A stretch of 64,000 bases of DNA from assembly GCA_963682135.1 (NCBI GenBank), contig OY821645.1:1984001-2048000 (forward strand). The letters run 5' to 3'. Below the pieces are notes generated by a model. The model did no database searches. It was not told where the DNA came from and saw only the letters and a program-made list of their open reading frames with translations. Positions within the stretch are counted from its first letter, which is position 1. Each line of letters starts with the position of its first letter. The position numbers and the translations under genes were made by a program. This DNA is from Methanothrix sp. (GTDB lineage Archaea; Halobacteriota; Methanosarcinia; Methanotrichales; Methanotrichaceae). This document shows positions 51,056 through 61,566 of this stretch, in pieces.

Positions 51056-52990
51056 ATGACCCGTTCACTTAAAGTCCTTATATTGGAGGATGTAGAGGCA
51101 GATGCAGAGCTTATGGTCCATGAGCTGGTGCAGGAGGGTTTCTTGCCGGATTGGATCCGAGTAGATACGGAAAACTCGTATCTAAGCGCTCTGGGATCGG
51201 ACCCGGATCTGATCCTGTCGGATTTCATTCTGCCTCAGTTCGATGCTTTTCTGGCCTTGCAGCTCATGCAGGAACAGAAGCTGGATATTCCTTTTATTGT
51301 TATCAGCGGGGCCATAACTGAGGATGTTGCCGTCGAGTTTATGAAAAGAGGAGCCTCCGACTATCTGCTCAAGGACCGCATGGCCCGGTTAGGTCAGGCG
51401 GTCGTCCGGGCTCTGGAGCAAAAAGAACTGCGTGAAGAGAAGAGAAGGACTGAAGAGGCACTGAGGGAGAACGAACGACGATTCCGAATTGTCTCTGAGC
51501 TGATCACGGATTTTGCGTATTCTTGCGTTATGTTATCAGATGGAACTTTAAAAATTGAATGGATGACCGGAGCAATTGAGAAGATCACCGGGTATACGAT
51601 TGATGAGATCCGGGATATGATCTGCTGGCGGCCCATTGTTTTAGACGATGACATTCCTGTTTTTGAGCGTTACGTAGAAGGCCTCTCACCGGGAGAATCA
51701 GCTCGTTCCGAGATTCGGATTCGGAAAAAGGACGGAGGAATTGTCTGGCTGGCATCATTTGCACAATGCCTTATCGACCAACATGGCCCGAAAATACACC
51801 GCATCTATGGCGGGTGTCGTGACATCACCGAACGCAAGCAGGCGGAAGAGATATTGCGCAGGAACGAGGAGCATTTGCACTTGGCAACTCAAAGTGCAAA
51901 TCTGGGAACTTACACCTACGATTATATTTCCGGACAACGCTATCTGTCACCTAAACTTAAGGCGCTCTATGGCTTGAAGGCGGATGAACCACTCATTTTG
52001 GATGAAGATCAGGTAGCTGTCGCTGTTCATCCTGATGATCGGTCTGCCTTCTTATCTGCAATGATGGCTGCTAATGATCCTTACGGAAAATCGGATGGTG
52101 TTTTGGAAGTGGATTATCGCATCATTCTCACTGATGGTTCGATCCGGTGGTTGAGAATTCATGGTCACACCGAGTATATAGAAGAAATCAACAATCGACG
52201 CCCATGGCGTGCCTCAGGTGTGGTGATCGATATAACCGAATACAAGAATGCGGAACGAGCGATGCTCAAGACATCGGAAGACCTGGAACGATCCAATGCC
52301 GATCTGGTGCAGTTCGCCTATGTCGCATCTCACGATCTCCAAGAGCCGCTTCGCACAATAACTCGTTTTGTACAGCTTCTTGAGAATCGTTACAAAGGTA
52401 GGCTCGATCAGGATGCAGACGAGTTCATAGACTTTATTGTCGGGGGAACGAAACGAATGCAACAGCTCATTAACGATCTGTTGACATATTCGCGGGTAAA
52501 TACAAGGAGTGAGCCGCTCGCCTTCATGAAACTTGAGGATGCACTGCAAAGAGCCCTGCAAAATCTCAGTTATGTTCTGGTGGAGTCCGAGGGCACGGTC
52601 ACATACGATGAAATGCCGACAATTGTTGCAGATGAGCTGCAAATGACTCAGCTGTTTCAGAATCTCATCGGCAATGCGCTGAAGTTTCATGGAGAAGAAT
52701 CACCCAAGGTGAATATATCCGCGATTAGAAACGAAAATGATTGGATTATTTCCGTTCGGGATAATGGTATAGGAATTGATCTAAAGTATAAAGATCGCAT
52801 CTTTGAGCTATTTCAGCGGCTCCATACCCGTGAAGAGTACCCAGGCACCGGCATTGGACTGACCATCGCCAAGAAGATCGTGCAACGACACGGGGGGCAG
52901 ATATGGGTGGACAGCGAGCCGGGGAGAGGCACGACATTCAGTTTTAGCATCCCTGCAATGACAGATGGGGATCCGAGAGTGGGTGATTGA
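51056..52990 (+). CDS. REC-PAS-PAS sensor histidine kinase (Cph1/COG4251-type kinase core)
   Basis: REC motifs LILED..LSDFILP..DYLLK; two PAS/PAC domains; FAYVASHDLQEPLR, NLIGNALKF, DNGIGI and GTGIGL. Confidence 0.93.
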   Translation: MTRSLKVLILEDVEADAELMVHELVQEGFLPDWIRVDTENSYLSALGSDPDLILSDFILPQFDAFLALQLMQEQKLDIPFIVISGAITEDVAVEFMKRGASDYLLKDRMARLGQAVVRALEQKELREEKRRTEEALRENERRFRIVSELITDFAYSCVMLSDGTLKIEWMTGAIEKITGYTIDEIRDMICWRPIVLDDDIPVFERYVEGLSPGESARSEIRIRKKDGGIVWLASFAQCLIDQHGPKIHRIYGGCRDITERKQAEEILRRNEEHLHLATQSANLGTYTYDYISGQRYLSPKLKALYGLKADEPLILDEDQVAVAVHPDDRSAFLSAMMAANDPYGKSDGVLEVDYRIILTDGSIRWLRIHGHTEYIEEINNRRPWRASGVVIDITEYKNAERAMLKTSEDLERSNADLVQFAYVASHDLQEPLRTITRFVQLLENRYKGRLDQDADEFIDFIVGGTKRMQQLINDLLTYSRVNTRSEPLAFMKLEDALQRALQNLSYVLVESEGTVTYDEMPTIVADELQMTQLFQNLIGNALKFHGEESPKVNISAIRNENDWIISVRDNGIGIDLKYKDRIFELFQRLHTREEYPGTGIGLTIAKKIVQRHGGQIWVDSEPGRGTTFSFSIPAMTDGDPRVGD

Positions 52991-55900
52991 AATTGAACCC
53001 TCTCCCCTGGCTTTTTATCATTCTGCTTCTCATTGGTATGCTAACCCATCTTGCGCTGGGAATGTACAGTCGTCGGTTCAAAAAACAGCCCGTTCAGCTA
53101 CCTTTCGAGATTCTGATGTACCTATGCGCACTCTGGACGGTAACCTTTGTGCTGGACATATCAAGCGAAAGCCTTGCCTTCAAAATCTTCCTCATGAAGA
53201 TACGTTTTCTGGGCGTGCCGTTCATTTCACTCAGCCTGATGCTGATTGCAATCCTCTTCTCCGGACATGAAAAGTGGCTGACAAAGAGACGCATGGCACT
53301 CCTCTTGGCAATTCCCGTCATCACTGTATTCTTGGCGCTCACAACGGAGTATTCGACCGTCTTCCGTTACAATTATTCTCTTATTCAGACAGACGCTGGC
53401 TTTTTTGTGCTGGGCTTTGCAAACGGAATCTGGACTCGGACCGTTTATTTGCCATTCAATTATCTAGAGGAAGCTGTTACTCTGCTGCTCCTCCTCCAGA
53501 TGATATTTGGGAGCATGAGGCTCTATGCGCGCCAGGCCCTGTTCTTCTTTATTGCGGTTCTGATACCGGCCATCGCTGACATACTCTTCCTTTTCGGCAT
53601 AACTCCGGTTAAGAATTACAATATCGTCCCCAGTACCTTTGCTTTTACAGCCGTCCTTCTGGCAATTGCTCTTTTTCAGTATCGCTTTCTCGATATAGTT
53701 CCAATCGCTCGCAACACCCTCTTCGAACGAATGAGCGATCCAATGCTGGTTATAGATAGGGAAGGCAGATTTGCGGATTTTAATCCGGCTGCGGAAAAGA
53801 CGCTGGGATTATGCCGGGCAACAAATCTCTGGAAGGGTGCGATCGAAAGCCTGCATGATCATGAGCAGCTATGTGCATGCATTAAAGAGACGCATCCAGC
53901 ATGTCGCACCATCACCATCGGAACTGGTGCGGCTGCCCGGGAGTTTGAGATCTCTATGGAGAAGCTGGTATCGGGTGAAGGAGTGCTGCATGAGAAGCTT
54001 ATTCTGCTGCGAGATGTCACCGATTACAGGCGGATGGAGAGAGATGAAGTTCGCCATACAAACCAGATTCAAATGCTCTTGGAGCTTCATCAGCACGCCA
54101 ATAAGTCTGCAGAGTTCATTATGGACTTCGTTCTTGAAGCGACATTAAATACTACACAAAGCTGCTATTCCTGGTTGGGGCTTCTGGACGAAGCCGAGTC
54201 GGTAATGACAATTCGTCGATGGTCAAGGGAAGCGATGGCAGATTGTGCAATCATCGAGAAACCGATTCAATATCCACTCGTTGAAGCCGGGCTATGGGGG
54301 GAATGCATCAAGCAGAGAACGCCGCTATTAATCAACAGCTATGATGACTCTCATCCTGGCAAGAATGGCTTTCCCGGGGGGCATGTGCCTATTCACAGGC
54401 TTCTTGTTGTTCCGATATTTGACGAGGGACGCATCGTTGCCGCTGCCGCGGTTGCCAACAAGCAAGAAATCTATATGAAATACGACCAGGACGCCCTAAC
54501 TTCTCTGTTCAACAAGATGTGGGAAATTTTGAAGCGCAAAAAAGCTGAAGAGGCTCTGCTGGTGAGCGAAGAGAAATTTAGGAAAGCATTCTTTATTAGT
54601 CCTGATTCCGTTAGCATCAATCGTTTAAGTGACGGGATGTTTGTCTCCATAAATCGTGGATTTACAGAGATATCCGGATATACGGATGAGGAGATTATCG
54701 GCAAGACATCATTGGAGATCGATATTTGGAAAAACCAGGCGGATCGAAAAAATATTGTACAAGAATTACTGGCCAAGGGCGAAGTTCGAGATTATGAGGC
54801 CAGTTTTCTCACTAAAAAGGGTGAGATCGACGGCCTGATGTTCGCATCAATTATCGAACTAAATGGTGTACCGCACATTCTCAATATTACTCGTGATATG
54901 ACCGCGCGTAAAAAGGCAGAAAGGTCGCTGCGAGAAAGCGAAGAGAGATATCACACCCTCTATAACAACATGCAGGAGGGTGTGGCTTTGCATGAACTTG
55001 TTTATGATGATATGGGGCAGGCTGTTGAATATAAAATTATTGATGTAAATCCCAAGTTTGTATCCATCCTCAACTTAGCGAGAGACTTCGTTATCAACAA
55101 GCCATCGGCACAGGCTTACGGCACAACCCTCCCTCCCTACCTGTCTCAATACTCTGCAGTTGCTCTAAGCGGCATTCCATCTAATTTTGAAACATATTTT
55201 CCTCCTTTGGATAAGCATCTTGAGATTTCAGTATCTCCATGGGGCTGCAATGGATTTGCCACCATATTCACCGATATTACCGAGCGCAAACGTGCACAAG
55301 AGGAACTTGCCCGTTATGCTCGCCGTCTGATCATCATTAATCGCATGGATCGCATTGTAACTTCCAGTCTGGATATCGAGCAGGTCTACGATCGCTTCGT
55401 CGAGGATCTGAGAGGGCTGGTGCCTATCGACAGGACCTCAATCGTATTGCTCGACGAGTCCGGAGAGCATTGGACCGTGGCCATGATCTGGACGGGATAC
55501 GAGCCGCTCATCAGGAAGGGCGAATGGGGAGATGTCAAAGGCTCGGCGATTGAGTGGATTGTAAACCAAAAGCTGCCACTGGTGGAGAGCGAAATTGGCG
55601 AAAAAGGCGATTGGACGGAAAACGAACCACTCCGTCAAGAGAAAATCAGATCCCGTGTGCTCTTGCCCTTGATCATCAGGGATGAGGTCGCAGGCATGCT
55701 CAGTCTGGCCAGCCGCCAGCCTGCTGCTTTTGGCGAAACGGATCTTGATATTCTGATGCCGCTGTCCGATCAGTTCTCTTTGGCCCTGCAAAACTCCCGG
55801 CTTTACGACCAGCTAAAACAGCAGTCTCAGCAACTGGAAAAGACTGTAGAGGAACGAACGGCTCAATTGAAGAAAGCCAATAAGGAGCTGGAGGCCTTCT

Positions 55901-56559
55901 CTTACTCTGTCTCCCATGATCTTCGCTCACCCTTACGAGCGGTGGACGGTTTCTCACGCATTCTTCTCGAAGAGCATCTTGCAGAGCTTTCCCCGGATGC
56001 TCGGCATTATCTGAATCTGGTGCGAAGCAATGCCGTGCAGATGGGTCAGCTAATAGACGATCTGCTGACCTTCTCTCGCACCAGCCGGCAGCCGTTGGCG
56101 AAGCGTTCTGTGGACCCTGCTGAAGTAGTGCGCCAGGTGCTCGAAGAGCTGCATGGCGAGCTGGAAGGCCGAAAAGTGGATGTAATAGTTGGCGCTCTTC
56201 CTTCTTGCCAGGCTGACCCGGCTATGCTGAGGCGCGTCTTCTTCAACCTCATTTCCAATGCCGTCAAGTTTACTCATAAGAAAGAAGAGGCACGCATTGA
56301 GGTAGGTAGTATTAATAATGAGGGAAAGACAGTATATTTTGTCAAAGATAACGGCGTAGGCTTTGATATGCGTTATTCGGGTAAGCTCTTTGGTGTCTTC
56401 TCGCGCCTCCATTCGGAGAGTGATTACGAAGGCACGGGAGTAGGGCTGGCCTTGGTGCAGCGTATCGTGCACAGGCACGGTGGAAGTGTTTGGGCAGAGG
56501 CATGTGTAGATAAAGGTGCTACATTCTATTTCACGCTGGTGGGAAGCGAATCCTTATGA
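52987..56559 (+). CDS. 7TM (HisKA_7TM)-PAS-GAF-PAS-PAS-GAF sensor histidine kinase
   Basis: Seven hydrophobic N-terminal segments ending YRFLDIVPIAR; GAF motifs (G.P.GH.PI.RLLVVPI and SRVLLPLI); FSYSVSHDLRSPLR, NLISNAVKF and GTGVGL. Confidence 0.93.
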   Translation: MKLNPLPWLFIILLLIGMLTHLALGMYSRRFKKQPVQLPFEILMYLCALWTVTFVLDISSESLAFKIFLMKIRFLGVPFISLSLMLIAILFSGHEKWLTKRRMALLLAIPVITVFLALTTEYSTVFRYNYSLIQTDAGFFVLGFANGIWTRTVYLPFNYLEEAVTLLLLLQMIFGSMRLYARQALFFFIAVLIPAIADILFLFGITPVKNYNIVPSTFAFTAVLLAIALFQYRFLDIVPIARNTLFERMSDPMLVIDREGRFADFNPAAEKTLGLCRATNLWKGAIESLHDHEQLCACIKETHPACRTITIGTGAAAREFEISMEKLVSGEGVLHEKLILLRDVTDYRRMERDEVRHTNQIQMLLELHQHANKSAEFIMDFVLEATLNTTQSCYSWLGLLDEAESVMTIRRWSREAMADCAIIEKPIQYPLVEAGLWGECIKQRTPLLINSYDDSHPGKNGFPGGHVPIHRLLVVPIFDEGRIVAAAAVANKQEIYMKYDQDALTSLFNKMWEILKRKKAEEALLVSEEKFRKAFFISPDSVSINRLSDGMFVSINRGFTEISGYTDEEIIGKTSLEIDIWKNQADRKNIVQELLAKGEVRDYEASFLTKKGEIDGLMFASIIELNGVPHILNITRDMTARKKAERSLRESEERYHTLYNNMQEGVALHELVYDDMGQAVEYKIIDVNPKFVSILNLARDFVINKPSAQAYGTTLPPYLSQYSAVALSGIPSNFETYFPPLDKHLEISVSPWGCNGFATIFTDITERKRAQEELARYARRLIIINRMDRIVTSSLDIEQVYDRFVEDLRGLVPIDRTSIVLLDESGEHWTVAMIWTGYEPLIRKGEWGDVKGSAIEWIVNQKLPLVESEIGEKGDWTENEPLRQEKIRSRVLLPLIIRDEVAGMLSLASRQPAAFGETDLDILMPLSDQFSLALQNSRLYDQLKQQSQQLEKTVEERTAQLKKANKELEAFSYSVSHDLRSPLRAVDGFSRILLEEHLAELSPDARHYLNLVRSNAVQMGQLIDDLLTFSRTSRQPLAKRSVDPAEVVRQVLEELHGELEGRKVDVIVGALPSCQADPAMLRRVFFNLISNAVKFTHKKEEARIEVGSINNEGKTVYFVKDNGVGFDMRYSGKLFGVFSRLHSESDYEGTGVGLALVQRIVHRHGGSVWAEACVDKGATFYFTLVGSESL

Positions 56560-57026
56560 ACGATTATGATAACTGCATGAGCATGCAGGTCGAGATCTTG
56601 CTGGTAGAGGACAATCCAAGCGATGTGGAGCTGACACTGCACGTTTTCAAGAGGAATAACATCTGTAACCGAATTCACGTTGCGCATGATGGAAAGGAAG
56701 CCTTGGAGTACATCTTTTGTAACGGCCGGTATGCCGGCAGAAACATGGACGAAGGTCCCAAGGTGATACTCCTGGATCTGAAGCTTCCGCTGGTGGACGG
56801 GAAAGAAGTTCTGCGAAAGATCCGTGAAGATCCCCAAACCCGAAATATCCCTGTCGTGGTTCTCACCTCTTCCAGAGAGGACAGGGATATTGTGGATAGC
56901 TATGCTCTAGGTGTTAATAGCTATATTGTAAAGCCCGTAGACTTCAATCAGTTTAACCAGGCGGTTAAAGATCTTGGACACTACTGGCTCCTTCTCAACC
57001 AGCCGCCCCTGAATACTAATCGCTGA
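56556..57026 (+). CDS. Single-domain response regulator (Rcp1-like)
   Basis: ILLVEDNPSD, ILLDLKLP, VVLTSS and NSYIVKP; ATGA overlap with the kinase. Confidence 0.95.
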   Translation: MNDYDNCMSMQVEILLVEDNPSDVELTLHVFKRNNICNRIHVAHDGKEALEYIFCNGRYAGRNMDEGPKVILLDLKLPLVDGKEVLRKIREDPQTRNIPVVVLTSSREDRDIVDSYALGVNSYIVKPVDFNQFNQAVKDLGHYWLLLNQPPLNTNR

Positions 57027-57036
57027 TCGATTGACT

Positions 57037-59319
57037 ATGAATCGCCCGCTCAAAGTATTGATATTGGAGGATGCACAGGCCGATGCCGAGCTTATGGTTC
57101 ATGAGCTGAAGCAGGCAGGCTTTTTGCCTGATTGGATACGCGTGGATACAGAGGACTCGTATCTAGCCGCTCTCGCATCGGATCCGGATCTGATACTCTC
57201 TGATTGCCATCTGCCTCAGTTCGATGCTTTTCTGGCTCTACAGCTCATGCAGGGTCGCAAGCAGGACATACCTTTTATTGTGATCAGCGGGACCATAACC
57301 GAGGATGCGGCCGTTGAGTTCATGAAACGAGGTGCCTCCGACTACCTGCTTAAGGATCGCCTGGCCCGGCTGGGCCAGGCTGTGATCAGGGCTCTGGAGC
57401 AGAGAGAATTAAGAGAAGAGAAAAAAAGGACAGAAGAGGCTCTGCGGGAGAGCGAGGCCCTGTACAGTGCGGTTATCGGGCAGGCTTTTGATATAATTTT
57501 TCTTGTTGATGTGAATACCAAACAAATAGTTGATGGCAATATTGCCTTTCAAGAGATGCTCGGTTATAGCTCAAAAGATCTCTCCAGCCTGACCCTTTAC
57601 GATGTCGTTGCTTACGATAAAGAGAGCATAGAATGCAATATTGAATGCATTAAGGCGTCGGGAAATTACCTCATAGGCTCGCGAAAATACCGGCGAAAAG
57701 ACGGCTCCATCATTGATATGGAGGTCAGTTCAACCCTTATTCATTATGGAAATAAAGAGGTTTTGTGTGTTATTGCTCGTGACGTTACAGAGCGCAAGAA
57801 GGCGGAGGAAGCGCTGCATAAGTCTATGCAATTGTTAGAAAAGGTCTACTCCAGTCTTCATGATGCACTTTTTATTATTGAAGCTAATTCAACGAAGATT
57901 ATTGACTGCAATCCGGCAGCTTCTGATATGTTCGGTTATTGTCGGGAAGATATGCTAACTCGCTCGACTGGTTTTCTCCACATAAGCAGCGCCTCACTGG
58001 ATCTTTTCAGAGTCCGTCTGCAGTCCGATATTGCTGAGATGGGATACCTATTTTTGCCTGAATTCCAGATGAAACGTAAAGATGGAACTATATTTTTCAC
58101 AGAAAATAGTGTAGTTCCATTGACTAACGATCAAGGTGTGAATATCGGTTGGGTGAGCATAGTACGCGACATCACTGAGCGCAAGCGTACAGAGGAGGCG
58201 ATTCATGAGAGTGAAGCCACGCTTGCAAACCTCATGGATAGCATGCCCGTCGGAATACAGGGCTATGACGCTGAAGGGACGGTCTTTTACTGGAATCGGA
58301 TGAGTTCTAAGATCTATGGCTACGTCGCAGAGGAGGCAATAGGACGAAAATTGGGCGATCTCATTATACCGGAAGAGATCAGGCCGATGTACCGCGAGGC
58401 TCTGGCACACGCCGCCACCCTCAAGGGATCGGGCGAATTCTTGCCGGCGAATGAGGTGAGCCTCCTTCGAAAGGACGGTTCACGCGTCTGTGTGCATTCG
58501 ATCCATACGGCGGTCTGCCTTCCTGGAAAGGCGCCGCTGCTCTTTTGTATCGATGTCGATCTCACCGAGCGCAGGCGTGCGGAGGAAGAACTGATCAAGA
58601 AGTCGGAAGATCTGGCAAGGTCCAACGCCGACCTGGCGCAGTTCGCCTATGTGGCCTCCCATGATCTGCAAGAGCCCTTGCGCATGGTGACCAGCTATGT
58701 GCAGCTCCTGCAAATGCGTTACAAAGGCAAGCTCGATACTGATGCCGATGAGTTTATCGGCTACGTCGTGGAGGGAACGAAACGCATGAAGCTGCTCCTT
58801 GCTGCACTTCTGGATTATTCTAGAGTGGGCACGCGAGGCAATCCTTTTCGCATTGTGGAGTGTGAGACGGTGCTGGAGAATGCTCTGCAAAATCTAAGAA
58901 TGGTTTTGGATGAAACCAATGGTCGTGTAACTCATGATCCATTGCCGGCTATTATTGCCGACGAGACGCAGATGGTGCAACTCTTCCAGAATTTAATAAG
59001 CAATGGCCTCAAATTTCATGGCCCAAAGCCGCCTTTGATTCATGTCTCGGCTGAACAGAATGGGACGAACTGGATCTTCTCTTTCCAAGATAATGGCATA
59101 GGCATAGATCCCATATATTTCGAGAAGATATTTATTATATTCCAGAGGCTGCATGGCAGAGATAAGTACACTGGAACAGGTATCGGCCTGACTATTGCCA
59201 AAAAAATAGTGCAGCGGCACGGGGGACAGATCTGGGTGGAATCAGAGGTGGCAAAAGGCAGCACTTTCTATTTCACTGTTCCATGCAAACGCTCGATAGA
59301 AGCCGAGACGAAGCATTGA
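57037..59319 (+). CDS. REC-PAS-PAS-PAS sensor histidine kinase
   Basis: REC domain closely related to that of 51056; three PAS/PAC domains; FAYVASHDLQEPLR kinase core. ATG 57037 chosen by alignment with 51056. Confidence 0.93.
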   Translation: MNRPLKVLILEDAQADAELMVHELKQAGFLPDWIRVDTEDSYLAALASDPDLILSDCHLPQFDAFLALQLMQGRKQDIPFIVISGTITEDAAVEFMKRGASDYLLKDRLARLGQAVIRALEQRELREEKKRTEEALRESEALYSAVIGQAFDIIFLVDVNTKQIVDGNIAFQEMLGYSSKDLSSLTLYDVVAYDKESIECNIECIKASGNYLIGSRKYRRKDGSIIDMEVSSTLIHYGNKEVLCVIARDVTERKKAEEALHKSMQLLEKVYSSLHDALFIIEANSTKIIDCNPAASDMFGYCREDMLTRSTGFLHISSASLDLFRVRLQSDIAEMGYLFLPEFQMKRKDGTIFFTENSVVPLTNDQGVNIGWVSIVRDITERKRTEEAIHESEATLANLMDSMPVGIQGYDAEGTVFYWNRMSSKIYGYVAEEAIGRKLGDLIIPEEIRPMYREALAHAATLKGSGEFLPANEVSLLRKDGSRVCVHSIHTAVCLPGKAPLLFCIDVDLTERRRAEEELIKKSEDLARSNADLAQFAYVASHDLQEPLRMVTSYVQLLQMRYKGKLDTDADEFIGYVVEGTKRMKLLLAALLDYSRVGTRGNPFRIVECETVLENALQNLRMVLDETNGRVTHDPLPAIIADETQMVQLFQNLISNGLKFHGPKPPLIHVSAEQNGTNWIFSFQDNGIGIDPIYFEKIFIIFQRLHGRDKYTGTGIGLTIAKKIVQRHGGQIWVESEVAKGSTFYFTVPCKRSIEAETKH

Positions 59320-59388
59320 GATAACCATGCTTTGTGATCGGGGTGCCTTGCGGGATAAGGTGCGCGATGAGGATCAAGAAGGAGGTAG

Positions 59389-59652
59389 ATGGGATTGCAG
59401 AGACGGGATAAATTGGACATCATGAAAGACATACTCTCCCTATGCCTGGTACAGGACATGAAGAAGACGCAGATAACCTACAAATCGAACCTCAATTTTC
59501 AGAAGGCCAGCGAGTTCGTTGAATGGCTGAAATTTCACAACCTTATCCAAGAAGGGAAGAAAGGAGTTTATAAAACCACACCGGCTGGCGAGATATTGCT
59601 TCATAAACTGGAGAAGCTGACAACCGTACCCTCCGAATCTGAAAAAAAGTGA
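59389..59652 (+). CDS. Archaeal winged-helix transcriptional regulator (COG3432-like)
   Basis: RRDKLDIMKDIL..KKTQITYKSNLNF..LI..Y.TT.G pattern; RBS ggaggt. Confidence 0.85.
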   Translation: MGLQRRDKLDIMKDILSLCLVQDMKKTQITYKSNLNFQKASEFVEWLKFHNLIQEGKKGVYKTTPAGEILLHKLEKLTTVPSESEKK

Positions 59653-59710
59653 GGCGTGAATCGATTGCTTTTTATCCATCCGGGTGTTCATGGTAAGAGG
59701 TTGATCATCA

Positions 59711-61015
59711 ATGTCCGGTTACTGGGATCCGCATATTGAGCGTATGCCTCTGGAAGACTTGCATGCTCTTCAAGAGGATCGGCTCAAATCCGTAGTAAGA
59801 TATGTTTACGACCATTCTGCTTTCTATCGGCAGAGGTTCAAAGAGGCAGGGGTTGAGCCCAGCGACATCCGCACTCTGGCCGATGTCTCCAAGCTGCCCT
59901 TCACCAGGAAGGTGGACCTGCGGGACAACTACCCCACAGGCATGTTCAGTGCCCCTAAGAGCCAGGTGGTGCGCTACCACGTATCCAGCGGCACCACTGG
60001 AAAGCCAACCGTTGTCGGTTACACCAAGGGTGACATCGAGACCTGGTCCGAGTCACTGGCCCGGGCCCTTACCTCTATTGGCCTGGGTCGAGACGATGTG
60101 GTGCAGGTGGGTTACGGCTATGGCCTTTTCACAGGGGGCCTCGGCCTGCACTACGGCGCAGAGCGCATCGGTGCTGCTGTGCTGCCGGTGGGCACGGGCA
60201 ACACGGAGCGGCAGATCGAGCTGATGCAGGACCTGGGCACGACTGCCATCGCCTGCACGCCCTCCTACTTCCTGCATATCATGGAAGTGGCGGAGAAGAT
60301 GGGTATCTCCATCAAGAAGGATACGAATCTTAAGGCCGGCATCTTCGGGGCCGAGCCCTGGTCCCTGGAAACCAGGAAACGAATCGAGGATGCCACGGGT
60401 ATCAATGCTTACGACATCTACGGCACCAGCGAGATTTCCGGTCCATTGTTCACGGAGTGTCATATCAAGAAGGGCATTCACGTCTGGGCGGACATGTTCT
60501 TGATTGAGGTGCTCGATCCCAAGACAGGTGAGCCCGTAGCGGACGGCGAAACTGGCGAGCTGGTCTTCACCACCTTGCACAAGTACGCTCTGCCACTCAT
60601 CCGTTATCGTATCGGGGATCTGACAATCATGGACAGCGAACCCTGTGAGTGCGGGCGAACTCATCCACGCATCATGAGAATTTTGGGCAGAACAGACGAC
60701 ATGCTAATAATTCGCGGCATCAATGTCTTCCCAAGTCAAGTGGAGTCGGTCTTGATGGATATACCCGAGGTGGGAGACCACTGGGAGATTCTGGTGGATC
60801 GCAAAGGTCCGCTGGATATGATGACGGTGCGTGTCGAGTTGACGCAGGCAGGCTTCTCTGACAAGATCGGGGACCTGATGAAGCTTAAGAAGAGAATCTC
60901 CAAAGAGTTAAAAGGCGTGCTGAACATAGCTGCTGAAGTGGATCTGGTTGAGCCCGGCACCATTCCCCGTTCCATGGGCAAGGCCAAGAGAGTAACAGAT
61001 AACCGAAAGGTGTAG
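59711..61015 (+). CDS. paaK: Phenylacetate-CoA ligase family protein
   Basis: SSGTTGKP, YGYGLFTGGLG, GAEPW, YGTSEI, PLIRYRIGD, GRTDDMLIIRGINVFPSQVE and GKAKRV. Confidence 0.92.
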   Translation: MSGYWDPHIERMPLEDLHALQEDRLKSVVRYVYDHSAFYRQRFKEAGVEPSDIRTLADVSKLPFTRKVDLRDNYPTGMFSAPKSQVVRYHVSSGTTGKPTVVGYTKGDIETWSESLARALTSIGLGRDDVVQVGYGYGLFTGGLGLHYGAERIGAAVLPVGTGNTERQIELMQDLGTTAIACTPSYFLHIMEVAEKMGISIKKDTNLKAGIFGAEPWSLETRKRIEDATGINAYDIYGTSEISGPLFTECHIKKGIHVWADMFLIEVLDPKTGEPVADGETGELVFTTLHKYALPLIRYRIGDLTIMDSEPCECGRTHPRIMRILGRTDDMLIIRGINVFPSQVESVLMDIPEVGDHWEILVDRKGPLDMMTVRVELTQAGFSDKIGDLMKLKKRISKELKGVLNIAAEVDLVEPGTIPRSMGKAKRVTDNRKV

Positions 61016-61027
61016 GAGGCTTTTGAA

Positions 61028-61462
61028 ATGTCGGAGATCAAACAAATTTCCCTTTTTGTGGAGAATAGGCCGGGCAGAACCGCCAAGGTTGCCAAGACTC
61101 TATCTGATGCTGGTGTGAATATCCGGGCTCTGACCATCGCCGAGGCGGGCGACTTCGGTGTCATCCGCATGGTTCTGGATGATCCGGAAAAGGGGTACAG
61201 AGTTCTCAAGGAGAATGCCTTCACAGTCTCTATGACTGATGTCTTGGCCGTGGAGATGAAGGATACTCCCGGTGGGCTTTATGAGATCGTGGACACGCTG
61301 GGGCAGAATCATGTAAATGTGGATTATGCTTACGCCTTCGTCACAGCCAAGGCACAGCGTGCCATGCTCATCCTGCGAGTGGATGATATCGCCAAGGCCA
61401 GGCAGGTACTGGGCGAAAAGAAGGTCAAGATCGCCACAAAAGAAGAGATACAGGCCATATAA
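61028..61462 (+). CDS. Tandem ACT-domain protein
   Basis: QISLFVENRPG..NIRAL and AVEM.D.PGGL..NVDYAYAF; a usual neighbour of paaK-like genes. Confidence 0.9.
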   Translation: MSEIKQISLFVENRPGRTAKVAKTLSDAGVNIRALTIAEAGDFGVIRMVLDDPEKGYRVLKENAFTVSMTDVLAVEMKDTPGGLYEIVDTLGQNHVNVDYAYAFVTAKAQRAMLILRVDDIAKARQVLGEKKVKIATKEEIQAI

Positions 61463-61566
61463 GATCAACCCTAAATCTCTTCATATTTTTATATCCTTTT
61501 TTTAAATATCCTTTCAAAAATAGAAACTGCAGACCCGAAATGCAAACCCGGACAATTGTCCGGATC

